Positions 34,486 through 43,397 of a DNA stretch of 54,761 nucleotides are shown piece after piece. The notes under the pieces were generated by a model. That model was not told the DNA's origin and ran no database searches. It saw nothing but the letters and a program-made list of their open reading frames with translations. Position 1 is the first letter of the stretch; every line of letters starts with the position of its first letter. The stretch comes from Candidatus Termititenax persephonae (lineage in GTDB: Bacteria > Margulisbacteria > Termititenacia > Termititenacales > Termititenacaceae): assembly GCA_003864475.1 (NCBI GenBank), contig BGZO01000004.1, positions 1-54,761 of the forward strand, read 5' to 3'. The position numbers and the translations under genes are program-made.

Positions 34486-35266
34486 CCGCCTGCACGAGAC
34501 TATCCGCCGCCTGCGCGCCCCGGACGGCTGTCCGTGGGACAGAGTGCAGACGCATGACACGCTGAAACCCTATCTGCTGGAAGAAACCTACGAAACCTTG
34601 GACGCGCTGGACAAGAAAAATCCCGAATTGCTCAAAGAAGAATTGGGCGACTTGCTTTTGCAGATTGTCCTGCACAGTGTCATCGCCGCGGAAAGCAATG
34701 ACTTCACGCTCGGCGACGTGGCGCGGGGCATCACGGAAAAAATGATTCGCCGTCATCCACATGTTTTCGCGGACACCAAAGTCAGCGGACAGAGCGAGGT
34801 TTGGCAAAACTGGGAACGCATCAAGAAAACAGAGTCCAGCCAGCGGGAGGCCACGAGCATCCTAGACTCCGTGCCGCGCCAATTGCCTGCCCTTTTCCGG
34901 GCAGCAAAAATTCAGAAAAAAGCCGCGCGAGCCGGGTTCGATTTCACGGAAACAAAATCCGTTTTAACAAAAATCAAAGAAGAAATTGTCGAGTTTGAAG
35001 AGGCCTCCCTGCGGCAGGCCCAAGCTGAGCCGCCCGCTGGTCAAGAAAAAATCATTGACGAGTTCGGCGATATTTTGTTCTCGCTGGTCAATCTCGCCCG
35101 CAAACTGGATTTCGATGCCGAGGACGCGCTGCGGCTGTCCACCAAGAAGTTTGAGACGCGCTTCCGTAAAATCGAGAACAAGTTGCGGCAAGAGCAGAAA
35201 GATTTTAAAGAGTGTTCCGCCGCCGAATTGGACCGGCTGTGGGGCGAGGCCAAGCTCTCTACCTAA
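34472..35266 (+). CDS. mazG: Nucleoside triphosphate pyrophosphohydrolase MazG
   Basis: LRAPDGCPWDRVQTHDTLKPYLLEETYETLDAL, with two MazG EEXXE-type repeats. Confidence 0.9.
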   Translation: MEEFNRLHETIRRLRAPDGCPWDRVQTHDTLKPYLLEETYETLDALDKKNPELLKEELGDLLLQIVLHSVIAAESNDFTLGDVARGITEKMIRRHPHVFADTKVSGQSEVWQNWERIKKTESSQREATSILDSVPRQLPALFRAAKIQKKAARAGFDFTETKSVLTKIKEEIVEFEEASLRQAQAEPPAGQEKIIDEFGDILFSLVNLARKLDFDAEDALRLSTKKFETRFRKIENKLRQEQKDFKECSAAELDRLWGEAKLST

Positions 35267-36842
35267 CCACGCTCAGGACATTCCGTCCGTAGCTGATCTC
35301 GCCGTCCGTGGTCGTTACTTTCACAACGTAAATATAAGAGCCGTTGGCCACTTCTCTGCCGTCGACCTGCAAATCCCATTCCGGCGTGATGTAAACCCCG
35401 GCCATGCCGCGGTCGCCTGCCAAAGTCGTGATTTTACGGCCACGCGAATCGTAAATCAGCACCTCGACCTGCTCCACGGCCTTGTCCGTCTTGAAAGAAA
35501 ACTTGGCGTATTTCTCAGCGGGATTGGGAAAAGACAAAACTTCCTTGAGTTTTTGCTCGCCAGAACTTTTTGTCGGAATATTTGCCAGCGCATGATAGAC
35601 ATTTATCATGCCGTAACCAAATTCGCGGTCGCGCCCGGTCGCGCCCAAGTCGTCCGCGGTATTCTGCAAAATCAAGCGTATCTGCTGGGCGGTGCGGTCT
35701 GGATATTTGGCCAAAAGCAGGGTGCATAAACCGCTGACCTGCGGTGCGGCAAAACTGGTGCCGTTGCCGCCATCGTGTTTCCCGTAAGTCCCATCCCTTA
35801 AAGTAGAAAAAATTCCCTCGCCCGGAGCAACCACGTCCGCGCCATTGCCGATTACCGAGAAATCCGAAAGATTCCCTTGCGCATCAAGACTGCCCACGCC
35901 GATAACGTTCTCAAACAAGGCCGGACACATCGGCGGCAAACCGCTGCCCGGGCGGCCGTCTTTACCGCCCACGCCATTATCATTGCCCATCGCCGCCACC
36001 AAAATCGCTCCCCGCTCATAAGCATAATCGCAGGCAGCTTGAATGAAGAGGTCAATCCCTTCCATGCCCAGGCTCAGATTTATCACAGCGGCTCCTTGAT
36101 CGGCGGCATATATGATGCCCTCGCCTACCCAACGAGAATTCCCTTCACCGTTCTCATTCAACACTTTGACCGGAATTATTTTGGCCTGCCAATCAAGCCC
36201 GGCCACGCCTCGACCGTTATGGCCAGTCGCCGCCGCGAGGCCGGCCACCGCCGTACCATGCCCATTATCGTCATCGGGGGTCTCATTAGGACTGACAAAA
36301 TTGCGGCCAGCCTCAAGCCTGCCCTGAAAGTCTTCGTGGGTCAGCCGCACTCCAGTATCGACAATCGCAATCTTGACGCTCGGACTGCCCGTCGACAAAG
36401 TCCAGCCCTCCGGCGCGTGAATCCGATTCAAATGGGTTTGGCTGGGAAACGACGGGTCGTTCGGCTGAAACGGTGCCACGTCCTGCGTCCTGTAAATATA
36501 GACGGGCTGGGCGTGTTCGACAGACGCATCGCTCTGCAGCAGCGCGACAAGCAGCGGGACATTGACGGTTGACGGGTATTCCGCCAAAAAATACCGCCCC
36601 AATGGGTCAGCCAAAGCCTGCGTTGCGGCCTGTGTTTTGCCTGTCGAGACTTGGCCGTCCGAGATTTTGCTAATCTCCGCCGCACCCTGACTGTTCAGCA
36701 GAGTTCTCAGCCCCTCTGGCAATCCAGCGGACACCGAACGCGCGGTCAGCGCGGGTTCTTTGAGTTTTATCAAGACCTGATTGGGCAAATAATCCGCCAG
36801 CACCAAACTCCAGCACAGCAAAAAAATTACTACTCGTACCAC
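35259..36842 (-). CDS. Secreted S8 (subtilisin-family) serine peptidase with C-terminal FlgD-Ig/T9SS-like beta domain
   Basis: It has a signal peptide and the catalytic blocks VDTGV, HGTAVAG and GTSFAAPQVSG. The C-terminal domain reads FPNPAEKYAKFSF...YIYVVKV. Confidence 0.85.
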   Translation of the reverse strand: MVRVVIFLLCWSLVLADYLPNQVLIKLKEPALTARSVSAGLPEGLRTLLNSQGAAEISKISDGQVSTGKTQAATQALADPLGRYFLAEYPSTVNVPLLVALLQSDASVEHAQPVYIYRTQDVAPFQPNDPSFPSQTHLNRIHAPEGWTLSTGSPSVKIAIVDTGVRLTHEDFQGRLEAGRNFVSPNETPDDDNGHGTAVAGLAAATGHNGRGVAGLDWQAKIIPVKVLNENGEGNSRWVGEGIIYAADQGAAVINLSLGMEGIDLFIQAACDYAYERGAILVAAMGNDNGVGGKDGRPGSGLPPMCPALFENVIGVGSLDAQGNLSDFSVIGNGADVVAPGEGIFSTLRDGTYGKHDGGNGTSFAAPQVSGLCTLLLAKYPDRTAQQIRLILQNTADDLGATGRDREFGYGMINVYHALANIPTKSSGEQKLKEVLSFPNPAEKYAKFSFKTDKAVEQVEVLIYDSRGRKITTLAGDRGMAGVYITPEWDLQVDGREVANGSYIYVVKVTTTDGEISYGRNVLSVVR

Positions 36843-37228
36843 GGCCTCGTTTCTCCCCCCTGCTTGCTGGACAAGACGCGTTCCGCCTTGGGCCTCGGCA
36901 AATGCCCCGCATAGCCGACAAAATAAATGTCGTCCCCGACCCCCACCAAGCGAAAGCCCGCATCGGCAAAAACATAATCAAAGCCTGCCAATTCGAGCAG
37001 GGCCGCACTGGTTACTTTTATTTTTTTATCCGTGTGCCACGTAATCAATGGCTGTTTTTCGTAATAATACAGGGCCGCACTCTCCGCCATCTCCTGCGCC
37101 TGAATCCGCGCCAAATCCAAGTCCGCGGTCTTGCGCCACCGCGTCAAGGTCAAAGTAAAAAAAGCGGCGGCCAGCAACAAACTGCCCAAGATTAACAAGA
37201 CCGCCAGATAAGCAAAACCTCTTTTCAT
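36830..37228 (-). CDS. Pseudopilin-like protein (ComGG/minor pilin-like N-terminus)
   Basis: MKRGFAYLAVLLILGSLLLAAAFF is a prepilin-type hydrophobic N-terminus. The gene overlaps its neighbours within an operon. Confidence 0.4.
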   Translation of the reverse strand: MKRGFAYLAVLLILGSLLLAAAFFTLTLTRWRKTADLDLARIQAQEMAESAALYYYEKQPLITWHTDKKIKVTSAALLELAGFDYVFADAGFRLVGVGDDIYFVGYAGHLPRPKAERVLSSKQGGETRPWYE

Positions 37229-37638
37229 CGGCGCGCCAGCCTGGTCCAGGCCTGCCCCTTACCGCCGTGCAAGACAATTTCCAGCAGGCCGTTTTGATAA
37301 TCGGCACTCAAGCTTTGGAGCGCCAGCCCTGCCGGAGTAAGATATAAATAAGCGTCCTTGCGCCGCGCCAGACGCTGATTATTGAGCAGGTAAACATAAT
37401 CCGCGCCGTCCCGTGTAAGCAGCACCCGGTCGGCATAAACCGCCACCGTATCCGCATACTTGATGTCTTCTACCATCTTATCCAAAACATTCTGCACCAA
37501 GACCGTCTCCTGCAGCCGCTGCTGCCAAGCCAAATCCCGCCGCAGAATATTCCCCAGCGCCAACATACTGCCGCCGAGAATCAACACCAACAGCGTGAAA
37601 TAAACCTGCAACTGCACATAGGCAAAACCATGGCGCAT
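37225..37638 (-). CDS. Pseudopilin-like protein (ComGF/minor pilin-like)
   Basis: The N-terminus MRHGFAYVQLQVYFTLLVLILGGSMLA is prepilin-like. Its size and position fit a minor pseudopilin. Confidence 0.4.
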   Translation of the reverse strand: MRHGFAYVQLQVYFTLLVLILGGSMLALGNILRRDLAWQQRLQETVLVQNVLDKMVEDIKYADTVAVYADRVLLTRDGADYVYLLNNQRLARRKDAYLYLTPAGLALQSLSADYQNGLLEIVLHGGKGQAWTRLARR

Positions 37639-37670
37639 AAGAAAATTATACCATATAATAAACCAGCGTC

Positions 37671-38186
37671 ATGGAAAGCCCAAAAAGAAAATGTCCAGCC
37701 TGCCAGAAGTCTATTAACGCCGGGGCAAAATTTTGTAATTTTTGCGGACAACGCCAAGTCCAGCCGTCCGCCAAAACAGCCGACCTGTCTCAGAAAAAAT
37801 TTTTGACCGCCGCCGAATTGGCAACTCTGCGGAACGAAATTGCAGAAAAAAAACCGTCGGAAATCGCCGCATTTTTTGCCCATGCCAATAAATATTTGCG
37901 CCGCGCCGCGCTGGAGATTTTTTGGCAAAAAGCCGGGGAAACAGAGCGTCAACAGATTGTCGCGCGGCATTTGGACGACGGAGATTTTGTCGCCTGCCTG
38001 CTGGATTTACAGCCGGACTGGGGGGATTTGTTCGCCGAACTGTGGCTGCGCGCCTCGGAAAATCCCTGGCTGGCGCACAAATACCTAGCTTGGGCCAAAA
38101 AAAGAAATTATCCCCTGCCCGCCGAGGCCGTGCGTTATCTGGAATCAACCACGGACCTGTATCTTAAAGAAAAATTATCCCGTTAA
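37671..38186 (+). CDS. Zinc-ribbon domain protein
   Basis: The N-terminal KCPACQKSINAGAKFCNFCG is a zinc ribbon. I did not recognise the remainder. Confidence 0.5.
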   Translation: MESPKRKCPACQKSINAGAKFCNFCGQRQVQPSAKTADLSQKKFLTAAELATLRNEIAEKKPSEIAAFFAHANKYLRRAALEIFWQKAGETERQQIVARHLDDGDFVACLLDLQPDWGDLFAELWLRASENPWLAHKYLAWAKKRNYPLPAEAVRYLESTTDLYLKEKLSR

Positions 38187-38224
38187 TATCTCTTCTTTTT
38201 AATCTCCTCAACAAAAGTAAACGT

Positions 38225-39841
38225 CTAGAAAAACAATTTTACTTCCGTCCCCCGCCGTGGTTTGGAGGCCAGCGTTATTTTCACTTTATGCTCGTCAAGG
38301 ATTTTCTTGACGATGCTCAATCCCAAACCTGCGCCGGATTTTTTCGTCGTAAAAAATGGGTCAAAAATCTGCGGCAAAACTTCCGGGCTAATCCCGCGCC
38401 CCGAATCCTGAAAAATAACTGTTTTTTTCTGTGTCAAAGTGATTTTCAGCCTGCCGCCTCGGGGCATGGCCTGCAGGGCGTTCAGACCGAGATTCAGGAA
38501 AACCTGTTCGATGGCGCGCGGGTCGCCCCGAAACCTTACCCGCGGTGCGCTAATCTGCTCAATAATCACGGCCTGCTGTTGAGCCTGCGCCGTCAGCAGG
38601 ACAACGCTCTGCGCCAAAATTTGGCCGAGGTCGAAGCTGACTTTTTGACCCGAAGCAGGGCGACTAAGATTGAGGAGATTGGCGAGCAGGGCATTGATGC
38701 GCTCAATCTGGCGCGGCACGATGTCCATAAACTCACGGAGAAAACCGACCTTTCTGTAGTCGCGCGGCAGCAGGCTGACCAGATTGCTCAGCGCGGCAAG
38801 CGGATTTTTAATCTCGTGCGCCAAACCAGAGGCGAGCCTGCCCAGCGCGGTCAAACTCTCCTGTCGCGCCAAGCGCAGCTGTGCCTGAAAAATATATTGA
38901 TAAATCTCCGCGCAGGACAGCCAGACAAAGAAAATCAGCCCAAAAACCAAAGAAGTCAGCAGGTATTGGCGGTCAAAAAATTCCGCGCCCTGCCGCCCTA
39001 CCAGCGGCCAGATAACCAAAACCAACAGCAACAAAATCAACAAAATAAAAATCGACTGCGTAAGCGCCAAAATATTTTTGCGTAAAACATCGCGGGCGCA
39101 CCGCCACTCACAGAACACAGTCAGAACCCCAGCCAGCACAAAAACAATCAACTGCAACATAATCAGTAAACGCAGCTGCGTAAAACTGAAAAACCAGAAC
39201 CGCTCAAACGCGCTGTCCGTACCGAACAACGGCCAAGTGCCAAGGACAAGGCTCTCGCTAAGCGGCGCCAGCCAGAGCCAGCCGTGGCAGTCCGCCCGCC
39301 AATAACGGAAAAACAAGTAGCCGAACCAAGCCGAGCCGATATGCTTCAAGAAGAAAAGCGTGCCGGCCAAGGTTTCCAGCCCGCCCCACGCCAGCAAATC
39401 CTGCGCGGCATCCGTCGCGGTATACAGGGCAAAGCTAAGCGCCAAAAACAACAAATCATCGGAGCGGGGCGAGCGCTTGATTGCCCGCACCAAGCAGGTC
39501 AAAAGCAGAATCGCCGCCGTAACCGTCAGATTAATCAAGGGAAAAAGCAGGCCGTCCGCGTCCTCGCCCGGCAGGCGCAGCTCATAGGGAGACGGCGGCA
39601 GCGGCGCCGCGCCGACAATCAGTCGGCCTTGTTTGTCCGCCACGGACAGCTCGTATTGGTCCGGCAAAATATTCAGGGAGAATTTTCCGTTGACGGAGGT
39701 CAGAGCGGTATATTCCCGCGCCGCGTTGAAAACCTTGACCACGTGGCCGTAATTGTCCCATTGCCCGCTACGCACAACCCGCCCCGTAAAATTTGCCGCA
39801 ACAAGGGCGCACAGGAAAAACAGCAGGAACATTTTACGCAT
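38225..39841 (-). CDS. Membrane sensor histidine kinase
   Basis: An N-terminal signal and beta domain is followed by about 7 TM helices. The HisKA block is LASGLAHEIKNPLAAL, and the HATPase_c block is FQDSGRGISPEVLPQIFDPFFTTKKSGAGLGL. Confidence 0.85.
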   Translation of the reverse strand: MRKMFLLFFLCALVAANFTGRVVRSGQWDNYGHVVKVFNAAREYTALTSVNGKFSLNILPDQYELSVADKQGRLIVGAAPLPPSPYELRLPGEDADGLLFPLINLTVTAAILLLTCLVRAIKRSPRSDDLLFLALSFALYTATDAAQDLLAWGGLETLAGTLFFLKHIGSAWFGYLFFRYWRADCHGWLWLAPLSESLVLGTWPLFGTDSAFERFWFFSFTQLRLLIMLQLIVFVLAGVLTVFCEWRCARDVLRKNILALTQSIFILLILLLLVLVIWPLVGRQGAEFFDRQYLLTSLVFGLIFFVWLSCAEIYQYIFQAQLRLARQESLTALGRLASGLAHEIKNPLAALSNLVSLLPRDYRKVGFLREFMDIVPRQIERINALLANLLNLSRPASGQKVSFDLGQILAQSVVLLTAQAQQQAVIIEQISAPRVRFRGDPRAIEQVFLNLGLNALQAMPRGGRLKITLTQKKTVIFQDSGRGISPEVLPQIFDPFFTTKKSGAGLGLSIVKKILDEHKVKITLASKPRRGTEVKLFF

Positions 39842-40054
39842 AAACCAAATCCTCTGCCTTGATTCTCCATCTATTTATCGTAATTTTTCGCAATCTGTTG
39901 CAGTTTTGGCGGGAATTGCCTGCCATAATCCCAACTGCGGCAAGTTACGCGCAGCGCCGGATATAAATATTTTATAGAACGGCCAATGGTTGGCTTTCTT
40001 TCTTGCTTTGCTGTACGGTGATGTTCCCACCCCGCAACGGCAGATAAACCAAAT

Positions 40055-40082
40055 AAATATCCGCAGATACTCTGGAGATAAT
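40055..40082. repeat. Degenerate third copy of the fic-flanking 28-bp motif
   Basis: On the minus strand it reads ATTATCTCCAGAGTATCTGCGGATATTT, matching the motif at 225..252 at 23/28 positions. It lies 14 nt downstream of the restored E1 stop codon. Confidence 0.5.
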
Positions 40083-40096
40083 CCCGATAACAATTG

Positions 40097-41000
40097 CTAG
40101 GCAATCCTAGAAAGTCTGAAACTGATAGCGTTACCGGGGTTGACGTACGCGCCGTACATGTAGTGGAGGGTGGGATCTCCGTAAAGATAAGGATGGATAT
40201 CATACCTCCAGTACATAATAACACGATTATCGGAATCATGGGCATCCCCTACCCACTCGAAAAAGGTGCCGCCGTTGGGGGGGGGTACTCAGCTTGTTTG
40301 TGGTACGGCACTCCATCCACTCTGCCGCCGTCAGTAGCCGATAAATTTTGTGCCTGCCCGGTACATACATGTCCTGATAGGAGATGCAGTTTGCCTCAGT
40401 GGCGCTGGCTGTGTACCCATTGGCGGTCATGTCGGCTTTCACGCTATACGGCACGTCCGTAGCGGCATGCGTCTCCTCGATGCACTTCCTCACGGCATCG
40501 TACCAAGTGGTTCTCACCGATGTCTGCGAGGCCGACACCCGGAGTCTTGGCTTCGATGCTTGTACGAAGTCCCACACCGCCTTGGCCGTCGGGTAGTGAG
40601 AGTGAGTGGATGACACGCTGATAGATTGCACCCAAGTAATTGTGTTTTGCTTGTTGTTCAACGCGGTCTGTTCGGCGGACGAAATTGCTCTGCCCGCGTC
40701 GCTCGTGTTGTTCACGCTGCCCAAGCCTATGTCGGACTTCGTAAATATCCGTGTCGAGGGGAGCGCCCCGAGTTGTGCTATGGTTACGCCGTGCGGGTTG
40801 CTTTTATTGGACGTGTGCGCGTAGGCGGCCTTGGCTGACGGGTAATATGTGGAGTTGTCAGTGATGGTGTCCTGCTTGTTCGCCACGTCCTCTTTCGTCC
40901 CTAGGGCTGTCCTCACGCCCGAGGCCGTAATCGCCTTGCCGAAATTTATATTGTAAGGGTTTTCCTCGTATTTTGCTTGGTCGCCGTAATTACTCGCCAT
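40097..41000 (-). pseudogene. Fibre-family protein E1 (N-module, GLG..NTSD motif, C-terminal minimal CLec-like domain) with its frame broken at a C9 tract
   Basis: With 9 C residues the ORF stops at 40236 (254 aa, ...KLSTPPQRRHLFRVGRGCP*). Removing one C gives ...KLSTPPNGGTFFEWVGDAHDSDNRV...NAISFRLSRIA*, which ends at 40097 (300 aa) and is colinear with B4. Confidence 0.8.
40277..40285. repeat. Homopolymeric G9 (C9 on the coding strand) tract inside E1
   Basis: Nine consecutive G residues, counted directly, sit exactly at the E1 frame break. Confidence 0.95.
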
Positions 41001-41018
41001 GACGGCATCCCCTCTCTT

Positions 41019-41471
41019 TTAAAGTTCACGCTGAACCAGTTCATACACCGCCTGGGCCGTCGGGTACTCATAGTGAGTGGACGACGCGCTGATAGAAGTT
41101 GCCCAAGTAATTGTGTCTTGCTTGTTGTTCAACGCGTTCTGCGTCAAGGTTGAGACGGGCTTATTTATGTCGCTCGTGTCGTTCACATTGCCCAAGCCTA
41201 CGTCGGATTTCGTGGGTACCCATGTCGAAAGACGCGCACCAATCTGCCCCGCCGTTACGCTGTGCGGGTTGTCCACCCTAGACGTGTGCGCGTAGACGGC
41301 CTTGGCTGACGGATAATATGTGGAGTTGTCAGTGATGGTGTCCTGCTTGTTCGCCACGTCCTCTTTTGTTCCCAAGGCTGTTCTCACGCCCGAGGCCGTA
41401 ACCACCTTATCGGAACTTATATTGTAAGGACTCTCCTTATATTTTATCTGGTCGCCATAATCGTTTGCCAT
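41019..41471 (-). CDS. Fibre-family protein E2 (short member with GLG..NTSD motif)
   Basis: I chose the start at MANDYGDQIKYKESPYNI. It carries VTASGVRTALGTKEDVANKQDTITDNSTYYPSAKAVYAHT and SDVGLGNVNDTSDINKPVSTLTQNALNNK. The DNA of its N-terminal region is about 95% identical to E1. Confidence 0.75.
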   Translation of the reverse strand: MANDYGDQIKYKESPYNISSDKVVTASGVRTALGTKEDVANKQDTITDNSTYYPSAKAVYAHTSRVDNPHSVTAGQIGARLSTWVPTKSDVGLGNVNDTSDINKPVSTLTQNALNNKQDTITWATSISASSTHYEYPTAQAVYELVQREL

Positions 41472-41500
41472 AACCATCCCCCAACTTAAACCTTGCAATG

Positions 41501-41511
41501 AGTTTAGCACA
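41501..41511 (-). promoter_or_regulatory. Extended -10 element (TGTGCTAAACT) for E2-E1
   Basis: It lies 30 nt upstream of the E2 ATG and belongs to the conserved TGTGnTAnACT pattern. Confidence 0.5.
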
Positions 41512-41595
41512 TATATTGTATAAAGTCAATTGGATTATAAACAACAATCGGGCAATGTTTAATCTCTAAAATAATTAAAAGGCGGTCAAGAAATA

Positions 41596-41940
41596 ATGTC
41601 CAATCTCCAGCAATTAAAAAGCCATCTCGGCAAATGTTTAAAAGATTTACGCTTAAAGAAAAATCTAACTATCGAGGTCTTAACTGGCTTAATCGACATG
41701 GACTTTTCCAATTATGTCCACCTAGAAACCGCCCGCCGCAGTAACCCTACTTTGGAAACTTTATATAAGTTGGCAGAATTTTACGGTGTTTCTATCCATT
41801 ATTTTTTTCAAGACTACAAAAGCACCGCCGCGCTAGCGCCCAAAACTAATGTTCTCGAAAAAAAGTTATTAAAAACTTTCCGCCGTCTCCACCCCGACAG
41901 CCAGCGGCTTTGTGTCCAATTTCTTGCCAGCGTTAAGTAG
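41596..41940 (+). CDS. XRE-type HTH regulator R3 (most divergent fibre-locus regulator paralog)
   Basis: 114 aa with TIEVLTGLIDMDFSNYVHLETARRSNPTLETLYKLAEFYGVSIHYFFQD and FRRLHPDSQRLCVQFL. It is divergent from E2. Confidence 0.7.
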   Translation: MSNLQQLKSHLGKCLKDLRLKKNLTIEVLTGLIDMDFSNYVHLETARRSNPTLETLYKLAEFYGVSIHYFFQDYKSTAALAPKTNVLEKKLLKTFRRLHPDSQRLCVQFLASVK

Positions 41941-41956
41941 CTTTGTTTTTGATTAT

Positions 41957-41985
41957 TTGACTTTCCCCAAAACTCATGTTACTCT
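41957..41985 (+). promoter_or_regulatory. Candidate sigma-70 promoter of the trp operon (TTGACT-17 nt-TACTCT)
   Basis: The -35 TTGACT lies at 41957..41962, followed by a 17-nt spacer and the -10 TACTCT at 41980..41985. Confidence 0.45.
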
Positions 41986-42004
41986 GTTTCTATATATAGA
42001 AACA
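41985..42004. promoter_or_regulatory. Perfect 20-bp palindrome (TGTTTCTATATATAGAAACA), a candidate operator of the trp operon
   Basis: The perfect inverted repeat starts at the last base of the -10 element and ends 16 nt before the trpE ATG. Confidence 0.55.
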
Positions 42005-42020
42005 AAGGACAAAGTAGCTA

Positions 42021-43397
42021 ATGCAGTGTATTTATAAAACCATCAACGCCGACAGTTACACTCCGGTCATTGTCTTCAAGAAACTCCACGGCATTGCCCT
42101 GCTGGAGTCCGCCGTGCTGGAAGGCACGAACCGCTACTCTTTTATCCTGCTGGCAATCAGCAGCGTCCTGTCTCTCACCAAAAACGGCATCGTCGAGACA
42201 ACCGCCGGGCAAGAGATATTGCGTGAGCAAGACCCGCGGAAGTTTCTGGACATAGTAATAGAAAAGGGTCAAGCAATTACCATTCCAGAATTGCCTTTTC
42301 CGCTGCCCGCACGCGGCGTGGGGTATTTGAGTTACGAGTTTTGCCGTTTCTGCGACACAATCAAAATCACGGAAAAACCTGCGGCTATCGAAATACCCGA
42401 AGCCTGTTTTCTTTTTGGCGGGGCGTTTATTGTTTTTGACCATTACCGCGACGACTTGCATGTCGTGGTCATCGGCGACGAGGCGGCGGCGCTGGAAAAC
42501 AAAATTGCCGGATATTTAGCCGCACTCCAGGACAACGACTACCGCGCTTACACCCCAGACCAAACTGTCTATCCGGCGCTGGCCGAACTGCCCAAAAAGG
42601 ACGCATACCTGCACGGCGTAGCCGAGATAAAAAAAGCCATCACCCGCGGCGACTTAATCCAAGGCGTGTTGTCCCAGCAACTGACCGTCGATTCTGCCCT
42701 GCCGCCTTTTGAGGCTTACTGCCGTCTGCGCCGCGAAAATCCCTCTCCGTATCTTTTTTATTTTGACTTCAGGGACTTTCAACTTTTCGGCGCGTCGCCG
42801 GAGATTATGGTGCGGTTGTCCGGCGATGCCGTAACGCTTAAACCCATCGCCGGCACACGGCCACGCGGCCAAACGCCCAGCGCGGATGCCGCGCTGGAAA
42901 AAGACCTGCTCGCCGACGAGAAAGAACGCGCCGAACATCTGATGCTCATCGACCTAGCGCGCAATGATGCCGGGCGCATTGCCGTGCCGGGGTCGGTAAA
43001 AGTTGTCAACTCATTTTTTATCGAGCGTTACGCCTATGTCATGCATATCGCTTCGGAAGTCCGCGCCCAGAAACTGCCCGCCGCAGGCTTGGCGGACATT
43101 ATCCGCAGCGTGTTTCCTGCCGGAACCGTCTCCGGTGCGCCCAAAATCAAGGCCATCGAGCTGATTGCCGAACAGGAGCCGCGGCGGCGTGGGGCTTATG
43201 CGGGGCTGATTGGCTACTTTGACGTGAACGGCAGTTTTGACTCCTGCATTACCATCCGCTCGGTGCTGCATCAGGGGCAAAAATTTATCGCGCAGTCGGG
43301 GGCGGGCATTGTCTATGATTCCGTGCCGGAAAAAGAATATGAAGAGACCCTGAATAAAGCCCGCGCGACCATCCGAGCCTTGGGAGTAAGTATATGA
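42021..43397 (+). CDS. trpE: Anthranilate synthase component I
   Basis: 458 aa with a chorismate-binding core (LFGASPEIMVRL, GTRPRG, LADEKERAEHLMLIDLARND, GAYAGLIGYF). Confidence 0.95.
   Translation: MQCIYKTINADSYTPVIVFKKLHGIALLESAVLEGTNRYSFILLAISSVLSLTKNGIVETTAGQEILREQDPRKFLDIVIEKGQAITIPELPFPLPARGVGYLSYEFCRFCDTIKITEKPAAIEIPEACFLFGGAFIVFDHYRDDLHVVVIGDEAAALENKIAGYLAALQDNDYRAYTPDQTVYPALAELPKKDAYLHGVAEIKKAITRGDLIQGVLSQQLTVDSALPPFEAYCRLRRENPSPYLFYFDFRDFQLFGASPEIMVRLSGDAVTLKPIAGTRPRGQTPSADAALEKDLLADEKERAEHLMLIDLARNDAGRIAVPGSVKVVNSFFIERYAYVMHIASEVRAQKLPAAGLADIIRSVFPAGTVSGAPKIKAIELIAEQEPRRRGAYAGLIGYFDVNGSFDSCITIRSVLHQGQKFIAQSGAGIVYDSVPEKEYEETLNKARATIRALGVSI

Noticed and set aside
39871-40245. A 124-aa ORF downstream of E1.
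   Set aside because: It overlaps the region which, after a 1-nt correction at the C9 tract, encodes the conserved CLec-like C-terminus of E1 in another frame. The ORF has no features of its own.
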